From: Vulcanisaeta distributa DSM 14429
GTDB lineage: Archaea; Thermoproteota; Thermoprotei; Thermoproteales; Thermocladiaceae
Length of the DNA stretch: 32,000 bases
Direction: 5' to 3'
Assembly (NCBI RefSeq): GCF_000148385.1
Contig: NC_014537.1
Location: 150,001 to 182,000 of the forward strand
Position 1 is the first letter of the stretch. The number at the start of each line of letters is the position of its first letter. Positions 25,007 through 32,000 of the stretch are shown in pieces. The notes beneath the pieces were generated by a model. It was not told where the DNA came from. It did not search any database and saw only the letters and a program-made list of their open reading frames with translations. The position numbers and the translations under genes are program-made.

Positions 25007-26274
25007 GTATTTCATTAAGTATAAAAGAGTATACTAATAAATTAAATAGTAATTATCAGCAAATTAAAAACTCCCTAAAGGAGTTAAACAATATTTTAGA
25101 ATCTCTAATGGAATTAATTTCATTGGCTAAAAAATTAAGGTTGAAAGTACCGCCTTTTCCAAGTATCGAAAAAATTGAATTGGATCAAAATAAATTAAGC
25201 AATGTTATTAATGGCTTAAGAAATTACTCCAATAATGTAATTTTGGTCATTATGAATCAATTATTGCCTGGCCTAAGTAATGATATTAATGATTGCGAAA
25301 TAATAACAGATATGTTAAATGGTACTAAAAACATACTTAAGGACTTTATTGATAGCGTGCAGGATTTATGGAAATATCGTAATGAACTTAAGTATTTACG
25401 CCAGTGCATCAAAGGGTATTGTGATCTTGTCACTAGGGTAATACATGATGGAGAACTGAAGGAGGAGGTAAAGGTATTGTCTGAGATATTCAGCATTAAG
25501 GATAAGCTTAATGGAATAAGCTTGCCTATTACGAAAGGGTTAAATCAATGCATAGATAATGTTATAAATAATGTAATAAAGGATTGCAATCTTCCTTCAT
25601 TTAACGATATCGAGAAGAGTCTCAAGAATATGCTTGACTTGCTCACGTATTTTGATAATATGATAAGTGTAGTTAATGGATTACGTACTTTGCAGTATAA
25701 TGAGTATTCACAACAAAAGGGAGATTATTGCCCTGAAATAGCGAAGATCTTTGATGATTTTATGAGCACCATTAAGGGACTTAATCTCAATGAGCTAACA
25801 TTAAAATGCGGTACACCTGAGGAATTAATAGGTCTCGTTAAAGAGATTGAGGATAAAAGGGATCAATATGTCAAGAATATACGAGATAGTCAAGCTCAGG
25901 TGATGAATTACTTAAACAGATTTAAAAAGGTATTAAGCAATAGTGAATTACGAGAAGAGTTTGAGAATACGCATAATTCGTTGGAAAAAATAACTAATCA
26001 ACTTATTACGGAGATATCCGGCAAAAGTGTGGAAGGAGAGAATATTAGACAGATATTGGATGAACTGCAGAATAAGTTAAACAGTATTTTACAGTTCATA
26101 TGTGAGAAGTTGATACCCGGGTTAGGATTGAAAGATGAGGAGTTTAAAGTAATAGTTGAATTAATCAGGAAAGGTGGAATCGCAGATTTTAAAGATTTAA
26201 GTGATGTAGGTCGTGACATAATCATCGAGCTTTGTGAAAAGGGTATATTGAGGTGCCAAGTAAGTTTGGGGTGA
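25003..26274 (+). CDS. coiled-coil protein (423 aa) with possible C-terminal wHTH
   Basis: ATG 25003 overlaps the upstream stop (ATGA). The sequence is N/K/E/L/I-rich and helical throughout. The C-terminus 'EEFKVIVELIRKGGIADFKDLSDVGRDIIIELCEKGILRCQV' is wHTH-like (tentative). Confidence 0.65.
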   Translation: MSISLSIKEYTNKLNSNYQQIKNSLKELNNILESLMELISLAKKLRLKVPPFPSIEKIELDQNKLSNVINGLRNYSNNVILVIMNQLLPGLSNDINDCEIITDMLNGTKNILKDFIDSVQDLWKYRNELKYLRQCIKGYCDLVTRVIHDGELKEEVKVLSEIFSIKDKLNGISLPITKGLNQCIDNVINNVIKDCNLPSFNDIEKSLKNMLDLLTYFDNMISVVNGLRTLQYNEYSQQKGDYCPEIAKIFDDFMSTIKGLNLNELTLKCGTPEELIGLVKEIEDKRDQYVKNIRDSQAQVMNYLNRFKKVLSNSELREEFENTHNSLEKITNQLITEISGKSVEGENIRQILDELQNKLNSILQFICEKLIPGLGLKDEEFKVIVELIRKGGIADFKDLSDVGRDIIIELCEKGILRCQVSLG

Positions 26275-26278
26275 GCCT

Positions 26279-29206
26279 GTGATTTGTTATAAGTTCGATA
26301 AGCCATTAATACCTTCTGTTGAGGAATTATTCCGTGAATGCGGTAAGGACGTTAATTTCATGAATAACTACATTATTAATAGTGTGCTTTCGTACATTGA
26401 AAGGAAAGAGCAGGATTTAGTGCTTGGAATGCAATATAATGATTGGGTAATCATCGACAGTAGCGCTAAGGACGAGATTAAGGAGCAAATAATTAATTAC
26501 ATTACTAAGTTTGCGATAGCTTGTAACGGGACTAATCGTAATAAGGACTATCTAAAGAAGGTGAGAGAGGAAGTTGATAGTAATAGGGTTGTTGAAAAGG
26601 CCCTATGCTACTTATATGCATTTGGCATATACGGTGACTGCATTAGTAGGTATTTGTTGATTAAACCCCCTGATGGTGATGAAGTACCTGACTATGAAAT
26701 CCCTGGTTTAGATAATGAAGTTGTTGAGAGGGCGAAGGACGTATTTAATAAATGCGTTGAGAAACTTAGTAAGTGGCGTGAGTATTGGGTGAGGAGTAGG
26801 TTCATAGAGATTGTTCGTGACTTATACCTACTCAAGCAGAGGTTCCCTGATAAGTCGGTGTTTGAGTCATACATGCTTATTGATAGGGTATTTGCATATG
26901 CATACCCACGTAATTTACCGCTTGGTGTTTACACGGTAAGTGACGTATGTGGTGATGGCACGTCAACGATTAACCTAAAGAAGTTAACTTACAGCTTCTT
27001 CAAGTCATACCATGATTACCTAATAGGTGCGGTAAATGAAAATATAGATGAGGAATTCGAAGAATTTTGGGAAATATTCTGTTATTTTCTACGTAAGGCA
27101 TTTAGTGATAGAAGATTCTATAGGTTTCAGATAAGGGGCGTTGAAACCGCTATTAAGAAATTATTGGGTATCTTCAATACATCCGAAAGCCGAGGGGCTG
27201 GTAAGATTGATTATTTAATAATTGCCGCACCAACAGGTAGCGGTAAGACGGAGGTTATGGTATTAACAGTATTAATTGCTGCGCTGGCGAGAAAGATAAT
27301 CCTAATAAGGCATGGACTTGATGATGAGAAAAACGTACCGATCGCATTAATGGTATATCCAAGGAGGTCCCTAGCCAATGATCAAGTATCAAGATTAATA
27401 GAGTACCTGAGTATAATAAATGAGAGGTTAAAGAACAAACTGCTGCTAACGATCAATTATACGGATATAAGAGACAAGAGAGAGTATGAAGATGCCATTA
27501 ATTCTGTTAAAGTCGGCGCAAAGCCAGTCCCCTTGCAGCTTAAGTATGGGGTTCTAGCATCCTTAATTAAAGATGGTGAGAATTATTATGTCGAACTTAG
27601 ATTTTTGACATGCCCCAGGAGGTTCACGTCAGGGTCTGGCAGTATTTATCCGAGATTTAGGGTTGTGAGGAGGGGTGATAGGTACGAGGTTGATGATTCG
27701 GTTGTGTACTGTGGTGATAATGCATTGAGTTTCATAGCCCTAACTAAGGACAGGGTTAGGGAGAGATTGGGCGATATTCACATAACAATATTCGAAACAC
27801 TTAGGCATAACTTATTTTCGAGAAGTTTCGAGAATTTATTCGGCATCTGTAGAAAGGCTGGGGATAACAAGGTGGTGTTTGATTACCCACTGATAATAGT
27901 TCTTGATGAGATACACACATACACTGACATACCTGGTGTAAGGTACACTTACATGCTTAGGAGGGTTCTAAATAGAATTAGGTATTATAGCGAGAATTGT
28001 AATGGGGATGGGTTACCAGGTAATCTCGTAATAGGCATGAGCGCAACAATACCTAATGCGGGTGAATTCCTTAGTAAATTATTCTTTTCCGAGGATATTG
28101 AAAAGAATATTAATGACTACCTAATTACTGTTGATGATGAGGAAACAATACCTCTCGGTAATGAATACTTCATAATAACGGTACCGACGCGTGGGGCTCC
28201 CGTGGATGCGTTAACGGTATCTATACAGACGATAATGAATACATTTTACAACATACCATCCATACCAATAGATAGTGGATATGTAAAGAAGGGCATAGTC
28301 TTCCTGGAAGAATTCAATGTATTGAGGAGGATGAAAAGGGAACTTTGGAATAGGGAGCAGGGAGCAATATATAGAGTTGTTGAAATTAACAATGAAGAGG
28401 TTGCTTTTGGTCTTCAAGACTTGAGAAATCCAAGAAATAGGTATTTTTACGAGGTAACACTGGAGGATTACGGTGATGATGCGAAAGTCGTCGATAATAT
28501 AAGAAGGGGTAAAATAAGCAGAGTTATTAGCGCTAGGTCGTGGCTTGATGGGGAGTTATGGTGGGGTTACATGCTAGATACTATAATCAATTACTATCCG
28601 AAGAATAACTTAAGTGATTACGTAACCACTAGATTTAACAGGGTTGTTGAGTATTCAAGTAGAAAGCGAGGGGATTTAAGGAGGGCCGATATAGTGGTCT
28701 CAACGAGTAGTTTAGAGGTGGGTGTTGATTATTCAGATGTTGTTTTAATATATCAACATGGTGCTCCCCCCAATATATCATCGCTCATACAGAGGGCGGG
28801 CAGGGGTGGTAGAAGGCTTTTTGAGAATCCGTTAATGAGGATTATAGTGGGTATTCAATTGTCGCCGGATCTACCGCATCAATCCTGGCTTTTCGAAATA
28901 TTTACCAGGGTCAAGGACTTAAGAAAGGCGATTGATTATGACAAGCTATTCCTGCCGAAAGCGAGTGAGGAAATAATGAAACAAGTGCTCGCTGAATTAG
29001 CCCTTGAATACTATGTATTGAATAACGGAAAGTTAACAAATAATTGGGAATGCAGATTAACTGGTTGGCTTAAGAAAAATAAAGAAAATATAATTAATTA
29101 CTCACAGTGGGTTTTCGCTAATGTTGAAAAAAGTAGGTTAAATAGCTTCATTGATGAGATAATAAATTACCTTGATAAAAATTGCAGAGATCAAAGTGGA
29201 AGATAG
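26279..29206 (+). CDS. SF2 DEAD/DEAH-box-type helicase (DrmA/Lhr/Ski2-like core) with about 300-aa unknown N-terminal domain, 975 aa
   Basis: Motif I is 'AAPTGSGKTE' (27224-27250), Ia 'VYPRRSLANDQ', II 'VLDEIHTY' (DEIH at 27905-27916) and III 'MSATIPN'. Motif V is 'VVSTSSLEVGVDYSDV' and VI 'QRAGRGGRR' (28790-28816). The GTG start lies 4 nt after the upstream stop. Confidence 0.9.
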   Translation: MICYKFDKPLIPSVEELFRECGKDVNFMNNYIINSVLSYIERKEQDLVLGMQYNDWVIIDSSAKDEIKEQIINYITKFAIACNGTNRNKDYLKKVREEVDSNRVVEKALCYLYAFGIYGDCISRYLLIKPPDGDEVPDYEIPGLDNEVVERAKDVFNKCVEKLSKWREYWVRSRFIEIVRDLYLLKQRFPDKSVFESYMLIDRVFAYAYPRNLPLGVYTVSDVCGDGTSTINLKKLTYSFFKSYHDYLIGAVNENIDEEFEEFWEIFCYFLRKAFSDRRFYRFQIRGVETAIKKLLGIFNTSESRGAGKIDYLIIAAPTGSGKTEVMVLTVLIAALARKIILIRHGLDDEKNVPIALMVYPRRSLANDQVSRLIEYLSIINERLKNKLLLTINYTDIRDKREYEDAINSVKVGAKPVPLQLKYGVLASLIKDGENYYVELRFLTCPRRFTSGSGSIYPRFRVVRRGDRYEVDDSVVYCGDNALSFIALTKDRVRERLGDIHITIFETLRHNLFSRSFENLFGICRKAGDNKVVFDYPLIIVLDEIHTYTDIPGVRYTYMLRRVLNRIRYYSENCNGDGLPGNLVIGMSATIPNAGEFLSKLFFSEDIEKNINDYLITVDDEETIPLGNEYFIITVPTRGAPVDALTVSIQTIMNTFYNIPSIPIDSGYVKKGIVFLEEFNVLRRMKRELWNREQGAIYRVVEINNEEVAFGLQDLRNPRNRYFYEVTLEDYGDDAKVVDNIRRGKISRVISARSWLDGELWWGYMLDTIINYYPKNNLSDYVTTRFNRVVEYSSRKRGDLRRADIVVSTSSLEVGVDYSDVVLIYQHGAPPNISSLIQRAGRGGRRLFENPLMRIIVGIQLSPDLPHQSWLFEIFTRVKDLRKAIDYDKLFLPKASEEIMKQVLAELALEYYVLNNGKLTNNWECRLTGWLKKNKENIINYSQWVFANVEKSRLNSFIDEIINYLDKNCRDQSGR

Positions 29207-29220
29207 ATGGTGATGAATCC

Positions 29221-31965
29221 ATGAGCACTCTTCAGAAGATAATTGAATCGTCTAAATTATTAAGAAATTACATACCTGATAGATTATTCGCCGAGTCAAA
29301 TTTGCCCCAGGTTAAAGTAGTGCTTGATGGCAAAGTCATTGCAGTAGAAGATGCATCATTGGTAGTCTCATCCTCTGGGTACATACCAGGAAAGCCCACG
29401 TATAGGGCATTACCAACAACAGGCACTTTCATACCCCTAGATAATAGCCGTTTTGACGAAAATATTAGGCCTATTATTACTCGAATTTCATATAATGATA
29501 GGAAATTGTATGAACCATCACCTGGTTATCCGAGTCGCTATAGTATTGATGAAATAGAGATTCCCGATGAATACAAGTATTTACTGTATTTACTTAAGGA
29601 GGTACTTAAAACTGATTATTTACCAATTGAATTTTATGCTCTTAGTAAGATTAACCCATTAAGATTTAGATGCCCAGCCAGTAAAAAGAAAAGAATATCT
29701 CTGGATAATACTCATTGGTTATTCTTTTCAAGAGCAAGAACCAATGTTGAGGTTACTAACAACATTAGTTTTTCACACTCATTTTATGCATACTTAGATA
29801 GAAGCAATTCATTTCCTAGGTTCTCGATTTATAACCCGCAGGGATTAATAAAGCCTATTAAGCAATATAATATTTGTGGAATACTTGATGCAGAGATTTA
29901 TACTGTTAAAAATGCATTTTACGGTATTTATGCTGTCGATGTATATGCGGTTTTAAAGGGCAAGTACGTAGTTGGCGATTCTAAAGGTGGGTGGTGTCGT
30001 TACACAATTAAGAGCTCCGATATAAAGACGCCTAGAGATAATACCAGCTCTACTTCAATGTATTGTATAAGCACTAAAAATGGCTGTAGATATAGTAACT
30101 ATTTCGTTAAGATTTTTGTAGACGGTGATCATAACAATTGGAATCCTGTAATACTTGGATACGAGATTAAAAACACGAGAATGCTCACGCTAGACATTAA
30201 GGATTTAATAAGAAAAATAGCCTCATCAATAGTCAATATCGGTGAAGTAGAGCAAGGACAGGACTTAAAGCTTGATTATGAATATAAAACCCTCAGCACA
30301 AATACTGCAGTAGTTAATCTACTAAGGCATTACCTATCTCATGACTTGGTAATAACGTATTACTTAACAAGGCTTGGCTTCACAAAGATCGATAAATACG
30401 TTAATCTTTCAATACTAATAAATGATTTATTCCTCGGTAATAAACTAACCGTGAAGTTGGAAAAGGACGATGTTAAGGATCTTGCTAGTGATATTATTAA
30501 TGATTTCATTAAATCATTTGATAAGGAAATAAGGCAGTCCTGGATATCATTATTACGATATGTATTATCCACGGTCAAAGGTGAGAGGTTAGAAACATAC
30601 CGTATATTTCGTGAATGTAAGAATAATAAAAATACTCAAAGATACTGTATTCCTCACGAGGAAGCGGAGAATATTTGGAATAACATAGAAAAGCGAATAG
30701 AAGGTATCTTAAAGAACTATAGTGAAATACCGAGTTACTTTGGGGTTAGGACTACTTATTGGTACGTTGGCGCTATTATTGATATCATAAAGCATACATT
30801 AAGTCATCATTTAATAAGAACTATTAGCACAAGATATAGTGTTAACCCAAGTAAACTTATTGAGTATTATTACGAAATGAGAGGAGACGCTAAGGTTTCC
30901 ATCATGGAAAGGGACTCTGGGGGTATTGGTGTATTAAATGTGGCCTTTGAGTCATGGGAAAAATCTGATAAGGAATTGAGGGAGAGACAAGTCGCTATTG
31001 AGGACCTCATACTATCCTTAGGTAAGTGCCTTGTCGGTACTCCTGAAGACTTACTGCACTTCGCGTTGCTGAATGATGATATTCGTGAAAGGTTATGTAG
31101 CGGTAAAGATAATGATGTAAGAGAGGGTATAAGGGAGATTATTAGGAGATTGAACATAATAGTTACCCCAGATGAGTTTGAGGAGACTATTAAGTTATGG
31201 AAATCAATATACGAGGAGGCTGATAGACTTACACGAATATTACGCAATGGGAATAATTACTTAGGTAATGAACCATGTAAATTATTAAGGGCTGTTCATG
31301 AGTTAAGACATGAACTGGAGAAGAAAATGAGGAGGTTTCCGGACATGGACGAATTGATGGCTTATATGCTCGAGAATATTGATGAATACTCCATACTTAA
31401 TGATTTGCTAACTAAGATGCTAGAGAGGGGGCTTAGGACCTCTGGCAGGTTTAGGGAATTTCTTCATGAGTTGTATGGAACGAATGATTATGTTAAGAGG
31501 TTCATAGGGGGTGTTAATTTTATCCTGAGAAGCAGAATACAGGACATCGATCATTTAAAGGAACTGGTGAGAAACAGTAATGATATCGTGTCAAAGTACG
31601 GCACTAAGGCGCTTGAGAAAATAACTGAATGTGTAGGTAAGCGAAGGGATGGTGATGATACGTGTAAAGCAGTTATACATGCATTGAAGCTTTTGGGTAG
31701 GGCACTCCGTGCGGTGTTAATGAGGATCTCGCTACTTAGTTGTAATGGTGCATGCGGTATGTGCTATGTGAATACTAAGTCATGCAGTAGGTTTGGCGCA
31801 CCCTTCATTCAGGCCAGGACACTTGATAGGAGGGTCCTTAAGGTACTTGCCTCCGAACTCGTTAGGCACATGAGCGATATCGTTAGGGATTACTACGGCG
31901 TTAATAAGGATGTTGATGTTATTGTGGAGCTTGGCGGTGAGCCCCGTACATTGAGGTGTGAATAA
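29221..31965 (+). CDS. DUF1998-like (DrmB/MrfA-C-terminal-like) protein with C-terminal Cys cluster, about 914 aa (ORF open from TTG 29182)
   Basis: 'HTLSHHLIRTIS' (from 30793) and 'ERDSGGIGVLN' fit the DUF1998 core as I recall it. The terminal 'CNGACGMCYVNTKSCSRFG...ARTLDRRVL' (Cys codons at 31741, 31753, 31762 and 31783) has the same layout as the DUF1998 Zn-cluster. ATG 29221 lies 15 nt after the helicase stop. Confidence 0.8.
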   Translation: MSTLQKIIESSKLLRNYIPDRLFAESNLPQVKVVLDGKVIAVEDASLVVSSSGYIPGKPTYRALPTTGTFIPLDNSRFDENIRPIITRISYNDRKLYEPSPGYPSRYSIDEIEIPDEYKYLLYLLKEVLKTDYLPIEFYALSKINPLRFRCPASKKKRISLDNTHWLFFSRARTNVEVTNNISFSHSFYAYLDRSNSFPRFSIYNPQGLIKPIKQYNICGILDAEIYTVKNAFYGIYAVDVYAVLKGKYVVGDSKGGWCRYTIKSSDIKTPRDNTSSTSMYCISTKNGCRYSNYFVKIFVDGDHNNWNPVILGYEIKNTRMLTLDIKDLIRKIASSIVNIGEVEQGQDLKLDYEYKTLSTNTAVVNLLRHYLSHDLVITYYLTRLGFTKIDKYVNLSILINDLFLGNKLTVKLEKDDVKDLASDIINDFIKSFDKEIRQSWISLLRYVLSTVKGERLETYRIFRECKNNKNTQRYCIPHEEAENIWNNIEKRIEGILKNYSEIPSYFGVRTTYWYVGAIIDIIKHTLSHHLIRTISTRYSVNPSKLIEYYYEMRGDAKVSIMERDSGGIGVLNVAFESWEKSDKELRERQVAIEDLILSLGKCLVGTPEDLLHFALLNDDIRERLCSGKDNDVREGIREIIRRLNIIVTPDEFEETIKLWKSIYEEADRLTRILRNGNNYLGNEPCKLLRAVHELRHELEKKMRRFPDMDELMAYMLENIDEYSILNDLLTKMLERGLRTSGRFREFLHELYGTNDYVKRFIGGVNFILRSRIQDIDHLKELVRNSNDIVSKYGTKALEKITECVGKRRDGDDTCKAVIHALKLLGRALRAVLMRISLLSCNGACGMCYVNTKSCSRFGAPFIQARTLDRRVLKVLASELVRHMSDIVRDYYGVNKDVDVIVELGGEPRTLRCE

Positions 31966-32000
31966 TGCTATGGATATGTAAGGACTCTAGTAGAAGCCTT
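31965..32000 (+). CDS. 5' end of a further operon gene (partial, truncated by window)
   Basis: ATG at 31965-31967 overlaps the TAA stop (31963-31965) as TAATG, and the frame stays open to the window end (MLWICKDSSRSL...). Only 12 codons are visible. Confidence 0.25.
   Translation, partial: MLWICKDSSRSL

Noticed and set aside
1-32000. CRISPR arrays, rRNA/tRNA genes, integrase/transposase genes and long terminal repeats
   Set aside because: I saw no regularly spaced direct repeats of 24 nt or more, no rRNA- or tRNA-like sequence, and no ORF with recombinase or transposase motifs. I therefore do not call any mobile element, even though composition suggests horizontal acquisition.

Overview
The window looks like an accessory region of an archaeal chromosome, probably a Thermoproteales-like crenarchaeon. 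This is inferred from AGG/AGA arginine usage, TATA-like boxes about 22-30 nt upstream of start codons (leaderless geometry), and a NurA/HerA pair. I found no rRNA, tRNA, CRISPR array, integrase or transposase. Coding density is high and the content is dominated by three divergently organised cassettes. Each has a winged-helix (wHTH) gene on the minus strand facing a plus-strand operon across a short intergenic region that carries repeated operator-like motifs. Cassette A (3952-10060) has wHTH + AAA+ facing an HExxH protein and two unknown proteins. Cassette B (15357-19388) has wHTH facing paralogues of those two unknown proteins. Cassette C (19617 to beyond 32000) has wHTH facing an HExxH protein, a 1119-aa P-loop ATPase with a long coiled-coil tail, a 423-aa coiled-coil protein, a 975-aa SF2 DEAD/DEAH-type helicase and a 927-aa DUF1998-like protein with a C-terminal Cys cluster. 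Its genes are tightly coupled by overlapping start/stop codons, and it lies in a markedly A+T-richer block. Cassette C is my best candidate for an undescribed multi-gene defence-type system. It has a DISARM DrmA/DrmB-like or split Druantia DruE-like core in a non-canonical context, and it is truncated by the window edge. Between cassettes A and B sits a stand-alone NurA-HerA pair, with NurA split by a frameshift at a G5 run. The left end carries an RHH/SWIM zinc-finger pair and an AT-rich block with membrane proteins. All functional calls rest on motifs read by eye from the ORF translations. No database search was possible.
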